IMG/VR virus record: IMGVR_UViG_3300038673_000220
Location: 64,001-128,000 of that record
DNA length: 64,000 nucleotides
DNA from: a virus
Taxonomy: Duplodnaviria > Caudoviricetes
Reading direction: 5' to 3' (one strand)
Each line of letters starts with the position of its first letter. The stretch's first letter is position 1. Made by a program: the position numbers and the translations under genes. The notes under the pieces were generated by a model. That model saw only the letters and a list, made by a program, of their open reading frames with translations, was not told the DNA's origin and did no database searches. Positions 27,263 to 36,633 of this stretch are shown in pieces.

Positions 27263-28801
27263 ATGTTACAAAATATCTATGATGAGCAAGATAATAATCA
27301 AACTGCAAGTAATAATATCATTCAAAGTATTAGTGGTAATTTCAATGTTGGAAACAGTGTATTGATTCTGCTTTCTCCACGAAATGTTTGTGATCATTAT
27401 AAACGTCCTTACGTATACAATTTCGATAACAACCTTATTGAAAATGTAGCAGAGAATATCGTTTCACATCCATCGATGCAACATAGTGTTAAAAATATCA
27501 TCAATGGCGTTCCTTCTATCAATCACGCTATTTTACCATCTTCGTATGGATTCAATATAGCGACTTCCGCTTATTCACACAGTTGGGGATTCGTTTTCAT
27601 CATCGATGATAACATGGGTCCAGGTGTTATCAACAACAACATATCGAATCGCCGTATCTTTATCGGTGTGTGTGGTCAAGAGCCTATATCGCAAATGGGA
27701 TTAGCTTCAGCTACCCCAGAAAAGTATCTGAACCCTAATTGTCAATTGATCATAACCAAACAGATGCTTATCAGGAAATACGCAACGTTTGGTTCACGAG
27801 ATTACCGTAATGCTACAAGAACTACAATCAACGATAACCTCGTTCATTATGATCAAACGCTTTGGGGTGATGGTAATGGTGACTCGACATTTTACACATT
27901 GAATCCTGGATCTATTCATAATCAAGTTAATTTTGAAGAAGATCAAATGTCAGCTATACATGATCTTGGATCGAGTATAAATGTCATGGGTTCATCTAAG
28001 ATAAAGAGTTCGTTGGAATCACCAAAGAAGCAGATGCAAGATATCTTAAATGCGATCCAATCTGGATCTCAGAATCTTTCATTCCTTTCAACTCAAGGTG
28101 ATTTTGCAGAAGAAGCTATAACTCCAATAGGTCATGGATTGGATGACACATCGACGATGTTTCAGTCATATGTTCATAGCGCCTTTAATGAGAAGAACAT
28201 CAATGATAATTCCATCAACGATGCGAATATGATTGATCCTAGAGCATTCGTTAACATATCTATGTTGATGAGTAATTATTCTCCACGTGTTTTTCCAATT
28301 AACATTCCACAGAATGACAAATTCGACATCATTCCTCAGCATTACAAGAGTTTAAATAACATCTTCTCTTCGTTGGTTTGTTCTGTGGTACCTGCATATA
28401 TGAGTAGTAGCAATATATCAGAAATAGCTTTTATGTATAATTCGTATCATGATGCTATTTCAGTTAATCATATTGCATCACCGACTACCGCCGATAATGA
28501 AACGCTTAAGCTTGCATGGCAAACTTTCGAATACCTTATCAGGAATGATCTTTTTCCGATATTGAGGCATAATGGTGGTGAATTTGATCTTCAAGTACTT
28601 TCAGTATTGAATGCAAATACTGATGTTATTTTGAATTTCCTGGATAATGAAATACTACCAGTTGGATCCATTTATCGTGAGAATACCCAACTTGGCGGTA
28701 TAACCTCATCGTTGATCGGTAATACGAACAATGTTGATACAAACTCTGTTCGGTTGAATGATCTTATCAGGCAAGTAAGTGGAAATGCCAAAATCTATTA
28801 A
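27263..28801 (+). CDS. conserved chimallivirus protein of unknown function
   Basis: GGAGGAG RBS before the ATG at 27263; about 512 aa. Confidence 0.7.
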   Translation: MLQNIYDEQDNNQTASNNIIQSISGNFNVGNSVLILLSPRNVCDHYKRPYVYNFDNNLIENVAENIVSHPSMQHSVKNIINGVPSINHAILPSSYGFNIATSAYSHSWGFVFIIDDNMGPGVINNNISNRRIFIGVCGQEPISQMGLASATPEKYLNPNCQLIITKQMLIRKYATFGSRDYRNATRTTINDNLVHYDQTLWGDGNGDSTFYTLNPGSIHNQVNFEEDQMSAIHDLGSSINVMGSSKIKSSLESPKKQMQDILNAIQSGSQNLSFLSTQGDFAEEAITPIGHGLDDTSTMFQSYVHSAFNEKNINDNSINDANMIDPRAFVNISMLMSNYSPRVFPINIPQNDKFDIIPQHYKSLNNIFSSLVCSVVPAYMSSSNISEIAFMYNSYHDAISVNHIASPTTADNETLKLAWQTFEYLIRNDLFPILRHNGGEFDLQVLSVLNANTDVILNFLDNEILPVGSIYRENTQLGGITSSLIGNTNNVDTNSVRLNDLIRQVSGNAKIY

Positions 28802-28815
28802 AAAGGTGAAAAATC

Positions 28816-29898
28816 ATGAGTGAGATAAAGGTAGAACAATTTGTTCGATTTCTTGTTGGTCTTGGTGGAGTATATGATGTTGATGAGAATGGTTATATCA
28901 TCAATAAAGATCGAGACGAAGATAAACCGGTTCTTCTGAAGGTTGATAATCGTTATCGAAATATCATGGTGATGAAGGATGTCATTAAAGATCCTGAAGT
29001 CGTTGTTATCAATCCTCTGAATGAAAATATAACTGAGTCGAACGATGCTCGATGGTTATATATGGGGTTGACAGCTGGATTGGGTCATCGTATACTCCAC
29101 ATCATCAATCATCTGCATTTTATCATCTCTTCTGAGAAATCTGATGAAGAGCTATCGTTCTCAACTGAAGAACTGAAATTTGCAGCTCGTCATAAAGACT
29201 TCAATAAGAAGACTTTGGATGCGATCAACATCATCAGTAAGAAGCTTGAAACATTCACATATGTCTGGTATAATCGTAAACAGAAGGAAGCTCACTTGGG
29301 AAGCTCTGTTTATGATCCAGATACAATAGCTGAATTTCCACAATTCACACCGAAAGTTTGGAAGACTATCGGAAAACTCTTCGGTGAACTTTTCAATGTG
29401 AATGAGGATCTTGAGAAAGGTAAAGAAGAGCTTTATGAAAAATATACAGTTCGATCCGACCTTATCAATGTTCCAAAACTTGAATCCATTTTGAATGTTT
29501 ATTATAAGGTTTATTCTCACCTCAATAAATATCTCGAAATGTGTAATATCGATGATGCTGACTTTGTTATCGACTTGACTGAATTCGGTCATCACATCGA
29601 ACATCTCCAAGATTATTACAATAAGGCCAAATGGTTTACTGGACCGATCGGTTCAACTAAGACCGAAACTCCCCAAACGAGTATACCAACATCTGTTCCT
29701 CAGAGGAATGCTCCATTGAGAGGACATGAAGAATCATCTATTCCAGATAATCCGTTTAGACGGAATATGGATTTTGATAGATTCAGTAATCAGCCAAGTA
29801 GATTCGGTAATCAACCTCAGTTCGGTGGTCAGCAACAATTCGGTGGTCAACCACAATTCAGCGGTCAACCACAATTCGGTGGAAACGTTTACTATTAA
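28816..29898 (+). CDS. conserved protein (phiKZ gp70-like) with a Q/FG-repeat tail
   Basis: INPLNENITES motif; C-terminal (QPQFGG)n. Confidence 0.65.
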   Translation: MSEIKVEQFVRFLVGLGGVYDVDENGYIINKDRDEDKPVLLKVDNRYRNIMVMKDVIKDPEVVVINPLNENITESNDARWLYMGLTAGLGHRILHIINHLHFIISSEKSDEELSFSTEELKFAARHKDFNKKTLDAINIISKKLETFTYVWYNRKQKEAHLGSSVYDPDTIAEFPQFTPKVWKTIGKLFGELFNVNEDLEKGKEELYEKYTVRSDLINVPKLESILNVYYKVYSHLNKYLEMCNIDDADFVIDLTEFGHHIEHLQDYYNKAKWFTGPIGSTKTETPQTSIPTSVPQRNAPLRGHEESSIPDNPFRRNMDFDRFSNQPSRFGNQPQFGGQQQFGGQPQFSGQPQFGGNVYY

Positions 29899-29907
29899 TT
29901 AAAAGAT

Positions 29908-29950
29908 ACGCCGAAAGAGCTTTTACACTCTTTCGGCGTATTTATTTTTT
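29908..29950 (+). terminator. intrinsic terminator
   Basis: tacgccgaaagag/ctctttcggcgta plus T-run. Confidence 0.9.
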
Positions 29951-29960
29951 AGGAGCAATC

Positions 29961-30761
29961 ATGGCTAATTTTGATTTATTTGTTGGAATATCTGTTGAGA
30001 ATAAACAACTTGAATCACGACAATTACGCGTATTCCTTCGAGAATTATTACCTCATGCTGGAGGTGATTTAAAAGACAATGCTCAAGAAGAAACGTATAA
30101 CGTGAAGGACGATCAAGGTAACCAAGTATCTGGGAGTGTTAAGACCTCAAATCATGTTGTCGCTGATTATTTTGGTTTAGAAACAAACAGAGCTTTTCCA
30201 CCTGATATCGTTAAAGGAGAACAAGTTCTTGTCTTCAAATACGAAGGTGAGGATAAATACTACTGGGTATCATTTGGTCGAGATGACAATCTCAGAAGAG
30301 GTGAGCTTCTACGATGGCAAGCTTCGGATGATATGTCAGAGATCAAAGATTTAAACGAATCGAATACATACTTTATGGAACTCGATACGAAGGTTGCGAA
30401 ACGAGCTCGTATTCACACCTCTAAATCTGATGGTGAAGCTTTTGTTTATGATATCACTATCGATTCAAAGAATAACACTTTAGTCATTACTGATGACATC
30501 AATAATACAATAGTTATCAAGTCTGATGAAGAACGTGTAACTATCAACAATTCACGAGGAAGTGTTGTTAACCTAAACAAATCTGATATAGAGATATTTG
30601 CTCCAAGGAATATTCTGATAAGAGCTGGGAATACCCTAACGCTGTGGAATCCATGTTGTATTGGGAGTGGTGGGTTTGCTGGTGGTGAGGGGCATATGAC
30701 ACGAGTAGGAGCTACTCGAGGTATGTCTGGTGATATAGCTTTCGGTGAACGAGGTAAATGA
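29961..30761 (+). CDS. putative baseplate spike/tail-tip protein (OB-fold plus beta-helix)
   Basis: NRAFPPDIVKGEQVLV...DKYYW...DDNLRR motif of phiKZ-like tail-tip proteins; beta-rich C-terminus. Confidence 0.6.
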   Translation: MANFDLFVGISVENKQLESRQLRVFLRELLPHAGGDLKDNAQEETYNVKDDQGNQVSGSVKTSNHVVADYFGLETNRAFPPDIVKGEQVLVFKYEGEDKYYWVSFGRDDNLRRGELLRWQASDDMSEIKDLNESNTYFMELDTKVAKRARIHTSKSDGEAFVYDITIDSKNNTLVITDDINNTIVIKSDEERVTINNSRGSVVNLNKSDIEIFAPRNILIRAGNTLTLWNPCCIGSGGFAGGEGHMTRVGATRGMSGDIAFGERGK

Positions 30762-30762
30762 A

Positions 30763-31659
30763 ATGTCTGAAGGATTTCCTGATGTACCTGAATTAGTTGG
30801 ACAATGTCCAGCTCGTCGTAAATGTTTTTTAGATTTCACTTACTATCTCGAATGTGATGATTGGTGTGAACGACATAATCTTCTAAGAACTGAGAGAAAG
30901 TATGGTGAACCTTATCAATATTCCATCAGGATGGGGATAGGAGCTGGTAATGCTATCCGTATTTATGATGATGATGAAAATAGGATCGATCTCGAAAGTG
31001 AAGAGAAACGGATCGCTACCTCAAATAGTTTAGGTACCCTATTCGAAGTCATCGGTTCAGATATCAACAGTAAAGCTCCCAATGATATTACAGAACTAGC
31101 TTTTCATGAGATAAACTATAGCGCACCTGATATCAAGACCACTGCTAATAGGACATTGTTGGTAGGTATCACACCATGTGAAAATGAAGATGATCAAGCT
31201 GATCTTCTTTGTACTGATATAACTAAATATGAAGTTATTCACGATCCAAATACCCAATGTCGCATTTACATGGATGGTGATCGGATCACTTTAACATCAA
31301 CAGCTATTCGTCTCAAAGATGAGTACGTTCAAAATAGCTATGAACCTATTTGCGGTGGTGGAAGTTATGTTGAAGACGATGAAGAAACATCATTTATCAA
31401 CATCCGTAAAGAATACATCGAAATCAATGCAAAATGTACTATTGCATTAAATGCTGGTCAAGTTATGATCAACGGTACTCCATCGGATCCAGCTGCAACC
31501 AATGCGGCATTATCAGCTAATGCCGATGCTGCATCGGCAGCTGCTGGTGCTGCTGCATCGGCGGGAGCTATGGCTGCTTCTAATGCGACTGAGATAGCTG
31601 CGCTTAAAGATACCATAGCTGCACTAGAAGCACGAATAACTGCACTTGAGGAAGTCTAA
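30763..31659 (+). CDS. spike-paralog-like beta-helical protein with an Ala-rich coiled-coil C-terminus
   Basis: GAGGT RBS; segment similar to the upstream gene's beta-helix; ends IAALKDTIAALEARITALEE. Confidence 0.55.
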   Translation: MSEGFPDVPELVGQCPARRKCFLDFTYYLECDDWCERHNLLRTERKYGEPYQYSIRMGIGAGNAIRIYDDDENRIDLESEEKRIATSNSLGTLFEVIGSDINSKAPNDITELAFHEINYSAPDIKTTANRTLLVGITPCENEDDQADLLCTDITKYEVIHDPNTQCRIYMDGDRITLTSTAIRLKDEYVQNSYEPICGGGSYVEDDEETSFINIRKEYIEINAKCTIALNAGQVMINGTPSDPAATNAALSANADAASAAAGAAASAGAMAASNATEIAALKDTIAALEARITALEEV

Positions 31660-32120
31660 TGTTTTTCAATAAAAAACAAAAGGATTTAGATATCGAACTA
31701 TCGGCTAAAGAATTTCTTGAGCTTAATAATAGACTTGATGACATGATCAGAGAATGGATCACCGTCGAATCAATTGGAGGTTTACAAAAGAATTCAAAGC
31801 TTGCTGAATTGTTCATATTCAATATGAAACTCATCTATAGTTCTGATGTATATAACAAAGAACTCAGAGATTTCATGAATTCTAAGGTTGATGGTTCTGG
31901 AGATACTGATCTTCTGTTTAGTCGTATCCAAGATCTCTATGTAAATATCTGTTTATGCTTTCCGAGTTACTTCATTCAATCTATTCGCGAAAAGCATTTT
32001 GATATTTTAAAAGATCTTGGATACGATCCAGATCAGGATATCTATGATCAAACACCATACGCTTGGTTAATGGTACGTATCCAAGATATCATGCGATTTA
32101 GAAATGTCACGTCAAAGTAG
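31659..32120 (+). CDS. hypothetical protein
   Basis: TAATG coupling with the upstream gene. Confidence 0.7.
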   Translation: MFFNKKQKDLDIELSAKEFLELNNRLDDMIREWITVESIGGLQKNSKLAELFIFNMKLIYSSDVYNKELRDFMNSKVDGSGDTDLLFSRIQDLYVNICLCFPSYFIQSIREKHFDILKDLGYDPDQDIYDQTPYAWLMVRIQDIMRFRNVTSK

Positions 32121-32439
32121 TTGACGTTCTATAAAGACGATAAAGACTGAATATCGTACTTTGATCAGGGATAAGGATACTCGATTTGATAGTAAAATCA
32201 TCATACGAGTTAAGATAGTTTATCATTTTAGCTATCCATACGATATTTATATCACAATTGTTATCTCTGAGAAAGTGGTCAAATTTGTAGAGATATCGAT
32301 CACGATCAGCATCGGATACAACTACTTCAAATGCACTACTTTTAATCATTTCAACATGGTCATTAACGAATATGACCCAATCTTTATCAGTGTTGTTGAG
32401 CTTTGTTATTTTCGTTGTAATATCCTTTTGAATGGACAT
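32107..32439 (-). CDS. small conserved protein, possibly LysM/T4 gp53-like baseplate component
   Basis: GAGGTG RBS; WIAKMIN...ILIPD pattern. Confidence 0.5.
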   Translation of the reverse strand: MSIQKDITTKITKLNNTDKDWVIFVNDHVEMIKSSAFEVVVSDADRDRYLYKFDHFLRDNNCDINIVWIAKMINYLNSYDDFTIKSSILIPDQSTIFSLYRLYRTSTTLT

Positions 32440-32462
32440 GAATCACCTCTAAGTATTTTGAA

Positions 32463-32481
32463 ATATATATTATATCAATAG
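32463..32481 (+). promoter_or_regulatory. early-type promoter for the nvRNAP beta/beta' operon
   Basis: ATATATATTAT-ATCAAT-A. Confidence 0.65.
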
Positions 32482-32512
32482 GTAGTCACTATTGTCTCTA
32501 TATTAATGTTAC

Positions 32513-34600
32513 ATGATTGAGGAGAATGAAATAATGTCAATCACATCGAACATGAGAATACCTGCTGAATATATTGGACTAACAGGTTTACTTTGTCCTG
32601 GAATCGCAGTTTGTTCATCATCTCGACAAGAGTTGTTTGCTAAGAATATTGGTCAACCACGTGTTCCTGATGCCGGTGGTGATTTTCCAGACATGTTTGC
32701 CGGATTTGAAACAATCTTCGGCGACTACTGTTTCAATAGTGCTCGTCGTGAAAACAAGATCAAAGTTATTCAAGTTATTGATAAATACCCTTCATCGATA
32801 GCTAATATTAAACCTGGAAATAACCCATTAAAAACTGTGATATTTCGAGATCTTGTGACTGGCGAAATCAATTATTTTGATATTAGAAAATACAGCAGCT
32901 ATTCAAACGATTTTGGTTATCGTAATGTCATGAAAACGAATATCCAAGCGGATGACGTTATCCCACCTGATATGGAAATTTATTCTTCTCCTATCAAGAA
33001 AGGTGACGAATATTGTTTGGGTGTTAATGCTAATGTATGTTTTGCTACTTTTCTAGAAACGACTGAAGATTGTTTTATGATATCTGAAAGCCTAGCTAAG
33101 AAAGTAGCCCCTCTCTCTATTGAGGATCGGTCGATATCTTCAAGTATGAGAAAATACCCTCTGAATCTCTATGGTACTGATGACCAATTCAAGATCGTTC
33201 CTGACCTTGGCGAATTCGTTCGAGATGATGGCGTATTGTGTGCATTTCGTCCAGTTCGTCGATTCAGTTCTATGTCAGATCTACAACCTCATAAACTCAA
33301 AGAGATCAATCACATCTTTGATAAAAAGATCTACGCACATCCTGGAGCACAGGTTGTTGACATCGAGGTGTATATCGATAATAAGAACGATCTCCCTCAG
33401 AATGTGTACGATCAAGTAAAGGTTTACTACGAAGCTCGTATCTCGTATTGGAAACAAGTTGTTGAAGTTTATGAGAAAGTGAAGCATCTTCCTATAAGCT
33501 TCAAATTCAATACTTTAGTTACAAAAGCTATGGGACGGTTGTTAGCTGCTAAACAACCTGTTCCAAGTATGGGAAAACGACAAAAGGTTACTTTAGTTGA
33601 GAATTTCAACCCGGTTGTTTTTCGAATCGATATCACCCTTATGCACAAAGTTGTTATAAACAATGGACATAAGTTTGCTGGTAGAGATGGTGCTAAAGGT
33701 GTCGTTCGCGTTAAACCAGATAATGAGATGCCTATAGATCAACAAGGATTTCGAGCTGACATCTGTATCGATCCAGTATCAGTACTTAAACGAACAAACA
33801 TCATTCAGCTTTATGAGCAATACATCAACAGATTGCTAAAATGGCAAGCTATGAATCTCGATAAACTTGGCTCTATCGAGAATCAGTTTAACAGGATCAT
33901 CGAAGTCCTAAACGATATCAATCCTGAATACGCTAAAGTCGTTATTCAGAGCTGTAATAATCCTGATAAGATAACCAGATACGTTGAGGATTGTAAAGCT
34001 GATACGATCAAAATATGCATACCTCCAGGTATGGATAATCTAACTAAGGACATGATCCTCAAATTGGAGGAGAAATATCAGACACCGATAAGTCCAGTTG
34101 ATTTCGTTATCGATACTCCAAATGGTAAGAAAACAATCAGGACTAAAGAACCAATATGCATAGGAGCAAAATACGTTTATCTGTTAGCAAAGTACCCGAA
34201 ACCATTAGCTCCAGGTTTTGGTTTTGTGAATAAATGTCATATGCCTGTAGGATCGAGTGATAAGCATTCTACCCCTATTGGAACAAAACCAATACGATTC
34301 GGAGAAAGCGAATCTCGTATCTTTGCAGCTACTCTCGATATCAAATCAGTACTCAGATGGAAATGTTTATATAGTGGATCAAGACTTGGACCAAAATGCA
34401 CGATCAGTGCGTTGATGAATACTGATAAACCTTCTCAATTAAAGAGGATACCAATAACAACTGAAGAACTTTACAACGATTGTCCATCTATTCGAATAGC
34501 ACATCATATGTTTGAAACGTGTGGTGTCGATTTGCAAAACAGTTTGATTTCTGTAGAGGATGGTGAGAGCGTCTTTGAACAATTCAAAGGTCTGTTATAA
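32513..34600 (+). CDS. non-virion RNAP beta C-terminal subunit (phiKZ gp71-73-like), uninterrupted
   Basis: SSSRQ, TEDCFMIS, GHKFAGRDGAKGV, ADICIDP and PIRFGESE motifs. Confidence 0.93.
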   Translation: MIEENEIMSITSNMRIPAEYIGLTGLLCPGIAVCSSSRQELFAKNIGQPRVPDAGGDFPDMFAGFETIFGDYCFNSARRENKIKVIQVIDKYPSSIANIKPGNNPLKTVIFRDLVTGEINYFDIRKYSSYSNDFGYRNVMKTNIQADDVIPPDMEIYSSPIKKGDEYCLGVNANVCFATFLETTEDCFMISESLAKKVAPLSIEDRSISSSMRKYPLNLYGTDDQFKIVPDLGEFVRDDGVLCAFRPVRRFSSMSDLQPHKLKEINHIFDKKIYAHPGAQVVDIEVYIDNKNDLPQNVYDQVKVYYEARISYWKQVVEVYEKVKHLPISFKFNTLVTKAMGRLLAAKQPVPSMGKRQKVTLVENFNPVVFRIDITLMHKVVINNGHKFAGRDGAKGVVRVKPDNEMPIDQQGFRADICIDPVSVLKRTNIIQLYEQYINRLLKWQAMNLDKLGSIENQFNRIIEVLNDINPEYAKVVIQSCNNPDKITRYVEDCKADTIKICIPPGMDNLTKDMILKLEEKYQTPISPVDFVIDTPNGKKTIRTKEPICIGAKYVYLLAKYPKPLAPGFGFVNKCHMPVGSSDKHSTPIGTKPIRFGESESRIFAATLDIKSVLRWKCLYSGSRLGPKCTISALMNTDKPSQLKRIPITTEELYNDCPSIRIAHHMFETCGVDLQNSLISVEDGESVFEQFKGLL

Positions 34601-34643
34601 AAGGTGGGGTTAAAAGCCCCATCTTCTTAAAAAGGAGAAATGT

Positions 34644-36581
34644 GTGGACACTCTAGATCTTAAAAATGTTGATATGATTGCTGTGATCGACGACCTGATC
34701 TATTATAAAGGTAAGATCCTTGTCATATTCGACAACGGTGAAAAAGTAGAACTTCCTGTTCGTAAGCTGATATTCCATCTGATGTTTTGGGCTATCGGGA
34801 GGAAATGGAATATCACAATAACTCCAGCATTTATAGTTGATACAAGTTTTATTTATGATTCAACGATAAGTGAAATCGGGTCAAGGCTTTTTGATGCTAT
34901 TCAAGCTGTTACAGAAGGATCTTGTTATAATTTTGTTTATGACATGAATGACGCTGTCAATTATTTGAATAAATTCATTACTATCAATTGTCAGGAATAT
35001 CATCAAACGATGACTATTGTCGATTTAGCCAGGATTGCTTATATACCTGGTATAAAAGCAATAACCGACGATAGAGTTTGCGATATCAAAGTTTCTATTC
35101 AACAAGCGAATGAGTATATCAAAAAGAATTTCAGTTTACTATTTGATGAGCTTAAGAAACCCTATCCTGGAAATAAACTCCACAACTTCGTTAATCTAAG
35201 ATTCGTTAAAGCAACTGCATTGGCGCATATCTTTTATCAAATCGGATTTCGTACAGACATTGATGATAATACAATCAGGTATCCAATCCAAGGAAATTAT
35301 TTGGATGGATTAAGAAACACTGTTGAGTATTGTCTTGAATCTCTATCGGCTAAGAAAGCTATGTTTTATAATAGAGATTCTTTACCAACGGCTGAATATT
35401 TTGCTCGAAAGCAGCATATCTTATCAAGTTGTATACAACACCTGTATAAAGGAGATTGTGGATCAACAGTTACTCTTCCGTTTTACATCACTGAAAATCT
35501 TGCAAACGTTGTTCTTTATAAGAACATCGTTGAAGGAAAGAATATCATCACTCTAACTCCAAATAATATCAAACATTATATTGGTAAGATCGTCCAATGT
35601 AGAACACCAATCGGATGTAAATACACTGATGGTGTTTGTGAAGCTTGTGCTGGAAAACTCATATCAAACATCTCGCCAAATACTCACATCGGTATGTTTG
35701 CAGCCATTCGAGTTGCTTCAGTTATCACTCAGGTTATCTTAAGTTCTAAGCATGTTCAAGAAACATCTATTGTTGAGTATGCTATTCCTGAAGATCTTAA
35801 GGTATACATGATGAAGCACCAAGGTGGTATTTATGTCAAACCAAAGATCAGAGAAAAATTCAAAAAGATCACAATGATCTTTAAGATGAATGATACTATG
35901 CAATTAAGAGAATTAGGTTCTCTTAATATAGCACGGTTGAGTACAATCAACGAATCATCTTTCGGTAAATGTAAGGAAGTTGTTTTAATGCGTGGTAATA
36001 ATCTTATCACTGAAGAAGTTGGATTAGGATCAAATGATCAATACCCTTTATATTCTCGAGAGCTAATCAGATATATTGCAGCTCATCAGGATCTTATCAC
36101 GATCAAAGATGATATGTTTATGATCTCTTTACGAGAATTCGACTTTAAAGATCCTATCTTTAAATTGGTCGTCATGAATAACTCGATGGTTAAATTCGTT
36201 AACAACGCAAAGAAGCTGGTTGAAAGTGAAATCAAAAAATACACTTCAGCAACCGAGCTTGTGAACAGTTTCTCGAATCTTGTTTATGGCCAAGTAAAGG
36301 TTAACCTAGCGTATTTAGAAATCGTTGTTCGAGCAGCGTTGATCACTGATAAAAACGATTATAGAATACCTGTGATTGAAGATATCGATGACGTTATGTT
36401 TACAACGAATCCGTCAGCGAATATGCTAAGGTCTGTTGGTATATTGTGCGCTTTTCAGCAATTACCAGCTTCGTTACGCAATCCAGCTCTTTACCTCATT
36501 CCAAGGACATTCACACCGTTTGATGAATTCCTCAATTTAAAGCCAAGGACAGCGGGATTTCTTTCTGTCAATAAGGCATAA
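34644..36581 (+). CDS. non-virion RNAP beta' C-terminal subunit (phiKZ gp74-like)
   Basis: bridge-helix AEYFARK, GDCGS, C...GVCEACAG and trigger-loop-like TQVILSSKH; GTG start with AAGGAG RBS. Confidence 0.92.
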   Translation: MDTLDLKNVDMIAVIDDLIYYKGKILVIFDNGEKVELPVRKLIFHLMFWAIGRKWNITITPAFIVDTSFIYDSTISEIGSRLFDAIQAVTEGSCYNFVYDMNDAVNYLNKFITINCQEYHQTMTIVDLARIAYIPGIKAITDDRVCDIKVSIQQANEYIKKNFSLLFDELKKPYPGNKLHNFVNLRFVKATALAHIFYQIGFRTDIDDNTIRYPIQGNYLDGLRNTVEYCLESLSAKKAMFYNRDSLPTAEYFARKQHILSSCIQHLYKGDCGSTVTLPFYITENLANVVLYKNIVEGKNIITLTPNNIKHYIGKIVQCRTPIGCKYTDGVCEACAGKLISNISPNTHIGMFAAIRVASVITQVILSSKHVQETSIVEYAIPEDLKVYMMKHQGGIYVKPKIREKFKKITMIFKMNDTMQLRELGSLNIARLSTINESSFGKCKEVVLMRGNNLITEEVGLGSNDQYPLYSRELIRYIAAHQDLITIKDDMFMISLREFDFKDPIFKLVVMNNSMVKFVNNAKKLVESEIKKYTSATELVNSFSNLVYGQVKVNLAYLEIVVRAALITDKNDYRIPVIEDIDDVMFTTNPSANMLRSVGILCAFQQLPASLRNPALYLIPRTFTPFDEFLNLKPRTAGFLSVNKA

Positions 36582-36583
36582 TA

Positions 36584-36618
36584 AGAGGGGGTACGTATCA
36601 TTATACGTACCCCCTTTC
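36584..36618 (+). terminator. hairpin, probable terminator
   Basis: gggggtacgtat/atacgtaccccc plus ttt. Confidence 0.7.
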
Positions 36619-36633
36619 TAAGAAGAGACATCA

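Noticed and set aside
30745-30765. Frameshift fusion of the two spike-like ORFs
   Set aside because: The second gene has its own GAGGT RBS and ATG at 30763; no slippery site
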